Positions 41,899 through 52,326 of a DNA stretch of 64,000 nucleotides are shown here, one piece after another. The DNA is taken from assembly GCA_033851875.1 (NCBI GenBank), contig JAWSVN010000003.1, forward strand, positions 53-64,052. Reading direction: 5' to 3'. The notes beneath the pieces are model-generated. The model was not told where the DNA came from and searched no databases. It saw nothing but the letters and a program-made list of their open reading frames with translations. This stretch comes from Acidimicrobiales bacterium (GTDB taxonomy: Bacteria; Actinomycetota; Acidimicrobiia; Acidimicrobiales; SZUA-35). How positions within the stretch are numbered: position 1 is the first letter of the stretch; each line of letters opens with the position of its first letter. The translations under genes were made by a program, and so were the position numbers.

Positions 41899-43926
41899 TC
41901 AGATGTCGAGCGTCTCGTGGTCGATCAGGCTCGAGTGGTCGATGATGTACTCGCGGCGGGTCGACACGTCGTTGCCCATCAGCACGCTGAACAGGCGGCT
42001 GGCCTCGGCGGCCTGCTCGCCGTGGCCCATCGACATGCGCTTGAGCACCCGGGTCTCGGGGTTGAGGGTGGTCTCGGCCAGCTCCTCGACGTTCATCTCG
42101 CCCAGACCCTTGAACCGCTTCCACTTCGACAGCTCGACCCCGATCCGTTCGGAGATCTCGGCCCGCTCCGCGTCGGAGTAGGCGTAGTGCATCTCCTTGC
42201 GGTGCTTGATCGCGAACAGCGGCGGCTGCGCCGCATACACCCGGCCGGCCTCGAGCAGGGGCCGCATGTGGTGGTAGATGAGGGTGAGCAGCAGGGTGCG
42301 GATGTGGGACCCGTCGACATCGGCGTCGCACAGGATGATGATGCGTCCGTAGCGGGTCGACTCGAGGTTGAAGTCACGACCCGAACCGCCGCCGATCGCC
42401 GTGATCAGGGCCTGGGCCTCGGCGTTCTCGACCACCTGCTTCAGACTCGCCTTGCCGGCGTTCACGACCTTGCCCCGCAGGGGCAGCACCGCCATCATCT
42501 CGGAGTTGCGGCCCTGCTTGGCCGGGCCGGCCGCCGAGTTGCCCTCCACGATCAGGAGTTCGGCGTCCATCCCGTGGATCCGGCAGTCGGCGAGCTTGTC
42601 GGGCATGCCGTTCGAGCTGAGGCTGCTGGCCTGGCGGCGGGCCTCGAGCTGCTGCTTGGCCATCACCCGGTTGAGCACGGCCTGGGTGAGCTTCTCGCGC
42701 ACCGAGGTGATCTGGGCCTTGCGGCCACCGCCCTCGGCCCAGGCGGTGAAGCCGTTCTTCATCGCCTCGTAGGTGAGGGTCTGGGCCGCCGGGGTGCCGA
42801 GCTCCTGCTTGGTCTGGCCCTTGAACTGCGGCTCAGGGAACGTCACCTTCACCGCCGCGACCAGCCCCTCCTGCACGTCGGGCGAGGTGGCGCGGTCGTT
42901 GCCGTCCTTGGCCAGCTTCTTCAGCTTGCGGGCGTCCTTCAGCAGGATGTCGTTCGACACCTTGAGCAGGGCGCGCTCGAAGCCCTTCACGTGGGTGCCG
43001 CCCTCGGAGGTCGGGATCGTGTTGACGAAGCTGACGATGTTGGTGTCGTAGCCCTTCACCCACCGGAACGCGAGGTCGATCGTGCAGGGGCGGGTGACGA
43101 CCTGCATCTTGCCGTCGACCGGCACCTTCTCTTCGAACGACGACTCGTCGTGGATGGTGATGATGTCGCTCACGGCCTCGCCGATCGACAGGTAGTCGAC
43201 GTAGTCGGCCAGGCCGCCCGCGGCGACGAACTCCTCGGGCTCGCGGCCCTCGCCCCGCCGGTCGTGCAGCTTCACGGCCAGGCCGGGCACGAGGAAGCAG
43301 ACGCGGGCGACGTGGTCGCGCACCCGCTCGTAGTCGATCTGGGCCTCGGCGTCGAAGACCTCGAGGTCGGGCCAGAAGCGCACCCTGGTGCCGGTGCGGC
43401 TGGCCGGGATCTGCTTGACCTTGGCGAGCTTCGAGCCCGGCTTGAACGTCCCGTTCTTCAGGTAGTTGCCGGGCGCCCGCTCGCTGAAGACGAGCCGCCA
43501 GGTGGCGCCGTCACGGTCGACCTCGGAGACGACCTTGGCCGACAGGGCGTTGACGACCGACGCACCCACGCCGTGGAGGCCACCGGATGCCGAGTAGGCG
43601 CCGGAGCCGAACTTGCCGCCGGCGTGGAGTTCGGTGAACACGACCTCGAGGGCGCTGCGCCCGTCGGGCTTCTTGTCGATCGGAATGCCGCGCCCGTCGT
43701 CGCTGACCTCGACCGATCCGTCCTTGTGGAGGGTGACCTCGATGTGGGACGCGTAGCCCGCGGCGGCCTCGTCGACGCCGTTGTCGATGATCTCCCACAC
43801 GAGGTGCATGAGGCCGTCGCTGCCGGTGCCGCCGATGTACATGCCGGGGCGCTTCCGGACCGCGTCCAGACCCTCGATGATCTGGATGTGGGAGGAGTCG
43901 TAATCGCTGCTCTTCTTCTTCGCCAT
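41899..43926 (-). CDS. Type IIA topoisomerase subunit B (GyrB/ParE family; probably a second, topo IV-like enzyme)
   Basis: GHKL ATPase (EIIDNGVDEA, DDGRGIP, GLHGVGASVVNALS). Toprim has EGNSAAG, PLRGK and DADVDGSHI. Confidence 0.9.
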   Translation of the reverse strand: MAKKKSSDYDSSHIQIIEGLDAVRKRPGMYIGGTGSDGLMHLVWEIIDNGVDEAAAGYASHIEVTLHKDGSVEVSDDGRGIPIDKKPDGRSALEVVFTELHAGGKFGSGAYSASGGLHGVGASVVNALSAKVVSEVDRDGATWRLVFSERAPGNYLKNGTFKPGSKLAKVKQIPASRTGTRVRFWPDLEVFDAEAQIDYERVRDHVARVCFLVPGLAVKLHDRRGEGREPEEFVAAGGLADYVDYLSIGEAVSDIITIHDESSFEEKVPVDGKMQVVTRPCTIDLAFRWVKGYDTNIVSFVNTIPTSEGGTHVKGFERALLKVSNDILLKDARKLKKLAKDGNDRATSPDVQEGLVAAVKVTFPEPQFKGQTKQELGTPAAQTLTYEAMKNGFTAWAEGGGRKAQITSVREKLTQAVLNRVMAKQQLEARRQASSLSSNGMPDKLADCRIHGMDAELLIVEGNSAAGPAKQGRNSEMMAVLPLRGKVVNAGKASLKQVVENAEAQALITAIGGGSGRDFNLESTRYGRIIILCDADVDGSHIRTLLLTLIYHHMRPLLEAGRVYAAQPPLFAIKHRKEMHYAYSDAERAEISERIGVELSKWKRFKGLGEMNVEELAETTLNPETRVLKRMSMGHGEQAAEASRLFSVLMGNDVSTRREYIIDHSSLIDHETLDI

Positions 43927-43955
43927 CGTTCAGGCCTTCCTCGGGGTGCGGGCGG

Positions 43956-46382
<2,427 letters not shown>

Positions 46383-46477
46383 GCGGGAGGGGCCTCGGAC
46401 GGGAGACGGGCGGTGGGCCTCGGCGGGGGTAGGCAGACCAGCCTACCGAACGACTGTTCGGGGGCGGGAGCGGGTGC

Positions 46478-47257
46478 TCAGCCGGATCGGCGGGCGCCCA
46501 CCAAGGGGCCCATCAGCCGTTCGAGCGCCCGGTCCTGTCCGCCGTGGACGATGATGGGGCTCGGGAGATCGTACCGAGTCGGATCATCCCGCTGGGGGAT
46601 GAGGTGGGCGACCTCGAGGTGGACCGTCGTCACCTCGCTGCCGGCCAGGAGCACGGCCTCGCTCCGGTCGGGCGAGTCGACCATGGCGACCACGTCGGGT
46701 CGGAGTTTCTCGACCGAGGACGCCAGCGCGTCGAGCGGGGTGTGGGGGCCGAGGTCGGCGACCCGATGCCCGATCGCCCGGAAGGTGTCGGCGACGAGGG
46801 CGACGCCCGCCTGGTCGTGGGTGCCCTCCCGGGCGGTGACCAGCACGGTCAGCCCGGTGCTCGGCCCGGCCTGGGCGGCGCCGGACAGGCGGCCGAGGAG
46901 GCGGAGGAGGGTCGCGTCGGCTCGACGCGAGCGCAGGCCGCTCGGCGAGTCGGCTCGGATGTCGAGCAGGGCCGGCGCGAGGAGATCGACGTGGACCCGC
47001 CACGGTTCGGTCGCCGAACGCACTTCGTTGACCACCTGCATCGCGCCGGGCTCGTCATCCGCGCCGAGGCGGTCGGCGAGTCGACGGCAGCGATCCGACC
47101 GAACAGCGGCCGGGGGCGGGCCGCCGTCGGGGGTGGTGTCGGACGATGAGGCCGCCTCGTCACCGAAGCGGCGGAGGTCGTCGGCGGAGACCCGCCACAC
47201 CCCGCCCGACTTGCGGGCGGGGAGTCGACCGGAGCGTACGTAGCGGTACGCCGTCAT
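46478..47257 (-). CDS. HTH plus cobalamin-binding-like domain regulator (paralog of 32230..33054); true start probably upstream of 47257
   Basis: MTAYRYVRSGRLPARK... and GTHDQAGVALVADTFRAIGHRVADLG (B12-binding-like). The in-frame upstream codons encode DLDLKDAAAQLGVHY, matching the paralog N-terminus, but contain no ATG/GTG/TTG. Confidence 0.7.
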   Translation of the reverse strand: MTAYRYVRSGRLPARKSGGVWRVSADDLRRFGDEAASSSDTTPDGGPPPAAVRSDRCRRLADRLGADDEPGAMQVVNEVRSATEPWRVHVDLLAPALLDIRADSPSGLRSRRADATLLRLLGRLSGAAQAGPSTGLTVLVTAREGTHDQAGVALVADTFRAIGHRVADLGPHTPLDALASSVEKLRPDVVAMVDSPDRSEAVLLAGSEVTTVHLEVAHLIPQRDDPTRYDLPSPIIVHGGQDRALERLMGPLVGARRSG

Positions 47258-47372
47258 GTAGTGGACGCCGAGCTGGGCCGCCGCGTCCTTGAGATCGAGA
47301 TCGTCGGACCCGCCGAGATCGTGCGGTTGGTCCAGATCGCTCAGGGTGCTCGTGTCTCGATCTCGGGCCGGG

Positions 47373-47609
47373 TCAGCGGCGGCGACGGCGACGCTGGGCG
47401 TCGATCTTGCGTGCCGCCCGCACCACCTCGTCGAGACGGCTCGTCAGAGGTTGCTCGCCGTCGAACTGTTCTAGATCGAGTTCTGGGGCCAGGGCCTCGA
47501 GGACGGCACTCACGCTCACGCCCTGTTCAGCAGCGAAACCGTGCCACTGTTCGTGAGCGTCGTCGCTGACATAGGCGTGAAGGGCCTTGCGTCCGGTGTC
47601 GTTCGACAT
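47373..47609 (-). CDS. Small hypothetical protein (78 aa) with poly-Arg C-terminus
   Basis: The ATG at 47609 is preceded by GAAAGG, and GC3 is good. It lies upstream of the HTH/B12-like gene and the topoisomerase genes on the same strand. Confidence 0.5.
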   Translation of the reverse strand: MSNDTGRKALHAYVSDDAHEQWHGFAAEQGVSVSAVLEALAPELDLEQFDGEQPLTSRLDEVVRAARKIDAQRRRRRR

Positions 47610-47730
47610 CGATCGCCTTTCTGTTGTGCGGTGATGGCCGGTCGTAGCGCCGCACACGCGTCGACACCCACCTGGCTGGTGGGTCTTCCACACGCATCGG
47701 TCGCCAAACCGGTGTTGTCAGCTGAGTAAT

Positions 47731-47749
47731 ATACGACGAATCGTCGTAT
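47731..47749. promoter_or_regulatory. Perfect 8+3+8 palindrome ATACGACG-AAT-CGTCGTAT in an AT-richer intergenic region
   Basis: Read directly. It lies between the mycoredoxin stop (47791) and the small ORF start (47609). Confidence 0.5.
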
Positions 47750-47790
47750 CGATGTGCACTGAACGAGATTCAGTTTGGGCAGACGTGCCC

Positions 47791-48081
47791 TCAGGCGTGC
47801 TTCGCCGGCACGAGGTGAGGCGCCTCGCGCTTCATCGCCGCCAGCACCTCCTTCGCTGAGGGGTTGACCATGCCCCACGAGCCGACGACGACGGTCGGCA
47901 CGGTCTCGTTGCCGTTCGCGATCGAACGCACCGTGGCCGCCGCCTCCGGGTCGTCCCAGATGTTGCGCCGCTCCGCCTCGATCCCGAGCTTCTTCAGCCC
48001 GCGGTCGAGGAACATGCAAAAGGGGCAGCCGGGGCGCCAGTAGACGGTGATGCCGGCATCGGAGTCGGGAGAAGCGTTCAT
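47791..48081 (-). CDS. Mycoredoxin/glutaredoxin-like protein
   Basis: ITVYWRPGCPFC active site and TVPTVVVG. The size (96 aa) is typical. Confidence 0.85.
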   Translation of the reverse strand: MNASPDSDAGITVYWRPGCPFCMFLDRGLKKLGIEAERRNIWDDPEAAATVRSIANGNETVPTVVVGSWGMVNPSAKEVLAAMKREAPHLVPAKHA

Positions 48082-48102
48082 CGAAGACCATCAACCCGTC
48101 GC

Positions 48103-49362
48103 TCACTCGCCTTGTTCCCGCGCGCCGGGCGCTTGGTCCCGGTCGTCGTCGGTCACGGCTCCGGCCACGGCTCGACCCGCGGCCTCGGCGGCGTCGGCGG
48201 CCCGCTCGACCGGGAGCGGCTCGCCGGCCTGGGCAGCCAGCAGCCGATTCTCGACCACCGGATGTCGTTCGACGTAGGCGGTGAAGAAGCCTCCTGCCGT
48301 CGCGACGACCGGCAGGGCCAGCAGTGCGCCCGGGGCGCCGAAGAGGCTGGTGCCGGCGAGCACCGCGGCGATCGACACCGCTGGATGGAGATCGAGGGTC
48401 TGAGCCGTGATCCGGGGCTGGAGGACGTAGTTCTCGACCTGCTGGTAGACGAGCACGGCGCCGAGCACCCACAGCGCCTTCGACGGGTCGTTGCCCAGCG
48501 CGACGAGCACCGGCAAGACGCCGGCGAGGTAGGTGCCGAGCGTCGGGATGAACTGCGAGACGACACCGACCCAGACGGCGAGAGCGACGGCGCTCGGCAG
48601 CCCGAGGAGCTGGAAGACCACCCAATGGAACACCCCGCTGCACACGGCGAGGATCAGGCGGCTGGTGATGTAGGCGCCGGTCTTGTTGATCGCGAGTTCC
48701 CAGACCCGCAGTACCTCGAGCTGGCGGCGGGGCGGCAGCACCGTGCAGATCACGCGACGCAGCCGAGGGCCGTCGGCGGTGAAGTAGAAGGTGAACAACA
48801 CGATCGTCAGCAGCTGGAACAACACCGACGCGACGGTCGTGCCGGCGCTGAGCAAGCGTTCGGCGATGTCGCTGGCGTAACCGGCGGCGTCGCCACCCTC
48901 CTGAAACCGCTCGACGAGGAACTCGGCGTCGACGGTCACGCCGAGTACATCGTCGGCCCAGCGCTGCCCCGACACGATCGTGTCGGGCAACTCGGCGATC
49001 AGGTCGGTCAGCTGGGTGGCGATCAGCCGGCCCATCGCCGCGAGAAAGGCGCCGGCGGCGATCATGAATCCGAACAGGGAGACCGCGGTCGCCAGGCCTC
49101 GGCCGAGGCCGCGCTGCTCGAGCCGGTCGACCAGCGGCTCGAGAGCGAACGACACGAAGAGCGCGACGACGATCTGGACGAGCAGGCCTCGCAGTTCGTG
49201 CACGACGCCCCTGGCCACCCAGAGGGCGACGAAGACGCCCCACCACAGGAAGATCGCTCGACGGACCCACGGTGGCATGCCCGCTGACAGCGCCGTTTCG
49301 GCCGTCGTCGTCGGCGAGGTCGAAACGGCCGCCTTCGTCGACGGTGCGGCCTCGGTGCTCAT
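48103..49362 (-). CDS. AI-2E family transporter (PerM/YhhT-like)
   Basis: The ATG at 49362 overlaps the upstream stop by 1 nt. It is a polytopic protein with the characteristic C-terminal motif GAPGALLALPV. The rest of ORF 48103..50271 is shadow. Confidence 0.85.
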   Translation of the reverse strand: MSTEAAPSTKAAVSTSPTTTAETALSAGMPPWVRRAIFLWWGVFVALWVARGVVHELRGLLVQIVVALFVSFALEPLVDRLEQRGLGRGLATAVSLFGFMIAAGAFLAAMGRLIATQLTDLIAELPDTIVSGQRWADDVLGVTVDAEFLVERFQEGGDAAGYASDIAERLLSAGTTVASVLFQLLTIVLFTFYFTADGPRLRRVICTVLPPRRQLEVLRVWELAINKTGAYITSRLILAVCSGVFHWVVFQLLGLPSAVALAVWVGVVSQFIPTLGTYLAGVLPVLVALGNDPSKALWVLGAVLVYQQVENYVLQPRITAQTLDLHPAVSIAAVLAGTSLFGAPGALLALPVVATAGGFFTAYVERHPVVENRLLAAQAGEPLPVERAADAAEAAGRAVAGAVTDDDRDQAPGAREQGE

Positions 49363-50522
49363 CAGCGGCGAGCGTAGTGTGCGGCTCCGAGCGAACCCCA
49401 GATACCCGACGGTTGGAACAGGGGGGTGGTCTGGGCGTCGGTGAGGGTGCCGACCCACCGGCCGTCGGCCGGGTCGTGGACCACGACCGCCGCCACCCGT
49501 TGGTCCTCGACCCGGTCGAGCACCCGCTCCACCGGTTCGTTGCTCCATGCCCGCACGATGCGCTCGTTGGGGACCATCAGGTCGGCGACCTTGGTCCACG
49601 ACCGAGCGGGCACGTCGACGTCGAGGCCGGCGGCGGGGACGATGATGCCGACGGGTTGGTTGTTCCAACGGGTGACCGGGCAGGCCACGTGGAGTTGCTC
49701 GTCTCCGGCCCACCGCAGCAGTTCCTCGACGCTCCAGGCGGCGCTCACCGACGCCGGGCGGCGCACCATCAGGGCCTCGGTCGTCGTGGTCGACAGCCGG
49801 TGCCGCACGGTGGCCCCGGCGATCTCCGATCGGGCTGCCCAGGCGACCACGGCGGTGGTGGCGAGGGTGGCGAGCAACCAGGTCGACAAGCCGCTCCGGA
49901 CGAGCAGGGCGGCCGCGACAGCCGTGCCGACGATGCCGACGACGAGGCCGATCCGGGCCGAGAACAGTCGGGCCGGCTCGGGTTGTCCGAGCCGACGCCA
50001 CAACACCGCGGTCAGCACCCGGCCGCCATCGAGCGGGGCCGCCGGCACCAGGTTGGTGAGGCCGAGGGCGATGTTGACGAGACAGAGCGACAGCATCGTC
50101 GAGGCCGTCAACCGCGACCCGGCGGCGTCGATCGCGGTCGCCGCTACGCCGGCGAGGCCGAAGCCGGCCCCGAGCACGAGGTTGGTGGCCGGGCCGGCGA
50201 TCGCGATCTGGAACTCGGCTCGCGGGGTCGGCGCCTGCGAGGTCAGCTTGGCCACACCGCCGAACAGCCACAGCGAGATCTCGGCGACCCCCACCCGATG
50301 GCGGCGCGCCACGAGGGCGTGGCCCACCTCGTGGAGGAGGATCGATGCCACGAAGGCCAGGCAGGTGAAGCCGGCGACCACGAGTCGACCGGTGGTGGTG
50401 ATCCGGGGCTCGAGCGACGGCAATCGGAGGTAGAGCGCGACGGCGGCGATCGTCGTCACGACGATCACACTCGGTTGCACGGTGATCGGGATGCCCCCGA
50501 AGCGGCCGATGCGCAGACTCAC
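49362..50522 (-). CDS. Site-2 protease family (M50) zinc metalloprotease with C-terminal CBS pair
   Basis: HEVGHALVA (HExxH in a TM helix), the second motif NLVPAAPLDGG, and a C-terminal CBS-like region. GTG start. Confidence 0.85.
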   Translation of the reverse strand: MSLRIGRFGGIPITVQPSVIVVTTIAAVALYLRLPSLEPRITTTGRLVVAGFTCLAFVASILLHEVGHALVARRHRVGVAEISLWLFGGVAKLTSQAPTPRAEFQIAIAGPATNLVLGAGFGLAGVAATAIDAAGSRLTASTMLSLCLVNIALGLTNLVPAAPLDGGRVLTAVLWRRLGQPEPARLFSARIGLVVGIVGTAVAAALLVRSGLSTWLLATLATTAVVAWAARSEIAGATVRHRLSTTTTEALMVRRPASVSAAWSVEELLRWAGDEQLHVACPVTRWNNQPVGIIVPAAGLDVDVPARSWTKVADLMVPNERIVRAWSNEPVERVLDRVEDQRVAAVVVHDPADGRWVGTLTDAQTTPLFQPSGIWGSLGAAHYARR

Positions 50523-50558
50523 CGCCTCATCATGGCGTGATCTGCGCCACGACGGAGA

Positions 50559-51329
50559 TCAGGCGCCCTCGCCCTCGGCGCCGTCGAAACGCACGAGGCC
50601 GCCTCCGTCGAGCACGAGGTGCTGGCCGGTGATCCACGAACCGGTGTCGGCCGCCAGGTAGAGGGCAGCGCCGGCGATGTCGGCGGTCTCGCCGAGGCGG
50701 CCGAGCGGATACTGCTTCGCGACCTCGACGCCCCGCTCACCCTCCCAGAGCATGCGGGCGAAGTCGGTCTTGATCAGGCCGGGGCAGATGGCGTTGACCC
50801 GCACCTTGGGGCCGAGCTCGGCGCCCAGCTGCTGGGTCATGTGGATGAGCGCCGACTTGGTGAGGTCGTAGACGCCGAGCACCGGGGAGGTCATCAGCCC
50901 GCCGACCGAGGAGATGTTGAGGACGACTCCTCCCGATTCCTTCATCGCGGCGTTCCATGCGGCCTGGGTCCACAGCAGGGGAGCGGTGAGGTTGACCTGG
51001 ATCGTCTTGTCCCAGCGGGCCAGGTCGACGTCGATCATCGGCCCGGCGTAGGGATTGGTGGCGGCGTTGTTGACGAGGATGTCGAGACCGCCGAAGGCCT
51101 CGATCGTGGCGGCCACCGCGGCCTGGGCGCTCTCGGCGTCGCCGATGTTGGCCGAGTGCCAGGCGCAGCCGTGGCCGATCTCGGCGGCCGCCTCCTCGAG
51201 CGTCTCCGCCTTGCGGGAGACGATCATCACCCTGGCGCCCGCCTCGGCAAACGTGCGGGCGATCTCCTTGCCGATGCCCCTCGATCCTCCGGTGATGAGC
51301 GCGACCTTGCCATCGAGACGTAGTTCCAT
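50559..51329 (-). CDS. SDR family oxidoreductase
   Basis: TGGSRGIGKEIA, NNAA and the Y-x3-K region YDLTKSA. Confidence 0.9.
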   Translation of the reverse strand: MELRLDGKVALITGGSRGIGKEIARTFAEAGARVMIVSRKAETLEEAAAEIGHGCAWHSANIGDAESAQAAVAATIEAFGGLDILVNNAATNPYAGPMIDVDLARWDKTIQVNLTAPLLWTQAAWNAAMKESGGVVLNISSVGGLMTSPVLGVYDLTKSALIHMTQQLGAELGPKVRVNAICPGLIKTDFARMLWEGERGVEVAKQYPLGRLGETADIAGAALYLAADTGSWITGQHLVLDGGGLVRFDGAEGEGA

Positions 51330-51405
51330 GGCGGGCCACGCTACGACAGCGGGGCCGACCTCCCAAAGACGGTCGTGCCGCCGCCGCGAGGTCGGGCGCC
51401 GGCGA

Positions 51406-52269
51406 TCAGCCGGCGACGAGCAGCATCAGCACCATCAGCGCCGCGATCAGGCCGACGAAGAGCCACTCGATGCGCTGGCGGGTGCTCCGCTCCTCCTCGA
51501 GGTAGGCGGCCAGGATGTCGGAGCGGTTGTGCACGGCCGACAACTGCTGTTCGATCGTGGTGATCCGGTGCTGTCGGCCGAGCGCTGCCTTGCGCGACAC
51601 CTCGAGTTGGGCGGCGAGGTCGTTGTACTCGTCCTGGAGTTCTGAGAATGCCCCCTCGCTCTCCGCCAACTGGTTGCGCAACCGATCGCTGTCGACCGTG
51701 GGAACGGCATCGAGGTCCTCGGGCGACGGCGAGGGGTTCCGCAGGCGAGTGCGCAGGCCGCGAAGGCCCGACGTGGCGTCGGGTGCCACCGGCGCCACGA
51801 GTCGCTCGATGGTGAGCAACATCCGGTCGATGTAGTCGGCGTCGTCGGGCAGGTTGAAGTGGGCCCACAGGTTCCGGGCCTCGATGATCTGCCCGATCAG
51901 CGGCCGAAGGTCCTCGCCGAAGAAGTCGGCGAACACCGGGCCCCAGAATCGGCGCAACACCAACAGCTGGAACAGCGGATCGGTGGCGCCGTGATCGTGG
52001 GCTCGCCCCATCCGGTTCGCCGCCGTCTCCTCCCACGACAACTCCTCGTGGAAGTAGTCGCTCATCCGTTGGTCGATGAACGGGCCCATGGCCAAGGCCA
52101 AGGTCTCGAACGCCTCGGCCAGCAGACCGTGACGGGAGCGGGCGAGGTCGGGCGCGGCTCCGCTCTGGTCGGGCCGTCCAGGGGCATCAGCTCGGCTGTC
52201 GACGGGCGAGTCGACAGGCACGTTGTCCGGCGTGGGCGCGTCGGAGGACATCAGTTCGTCTATCGGCAC
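51406..52269 (-). CDS. Tail-anchored coiled-coil protein with HEPN-like (Swt1-type) RNxxxH motif
   Basis: DPLFQLLVLRRFWGPVF...IIEARNLWAHFN (R-N-x3-H), then a heptad-like region (LRNQLAESEGAFSELQDEYNDLAAQLE...), then a C-terminal TM helix (WLFVGLIAALMVLMLLVAG). GTG 52269 or ATG 52251. Confidence 0.55.
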   Translation of the reverse strand: MPIDELMSSDAPTPDNVPVDSPVDSRADAPGRPDQSGAAPDLARSRHGLLAEAFETLALAMGPFIDQRMSDYFHEELSWEETAANRMGRAHDHGATDPLFQLLVLRRFWGPVFADFFGEDLRPLIGQIIEARNLWAHFNLPDDADYIDRMLLTIERLVAPVAPDATSGLRGLRTRLRNPSPSPEDLDAVPTVDSDRLRNQLAESEGAFSELQDEYNDLAAQLEVSRKAALGRQHRITTIEQQLSAVHNRSDILAAYLEEERSTRQRIEWLFVGLIAALMVLMLLVAG

Positions 52270-52326
52270 CGACGGCGTCGACCTGAGCAGCTCAAGATCT
52301 GCGACATCTGGCCGTTAGGTAGCAGG

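Noticed and set aside
46383-46477. Hairpins GGTAGGC-agacca-GCCTACC and GAAC-gact-GTTC upstream of the topoisomerase A gene
   Set aside because: No U-tract follows on either strand and no known riboswitch consensus is recognisable. This is probably ordinary leader or intergenic structure. It is too weak to call a terminator.
49363-50271. N-terminal extension of ORF 48103..50271, and likewise 62091..63080 of ORF 60912..63080, 31644..31991 of ORF 30603..31991, and 4637..5740 of ORF 3881..5740
   Set aside because: These are Arg/Pro/Gly-rich out-of-frame overlaps of upstream genes. The recognisable protein begins at internal starts that abut or overlap the upstream stop codons.
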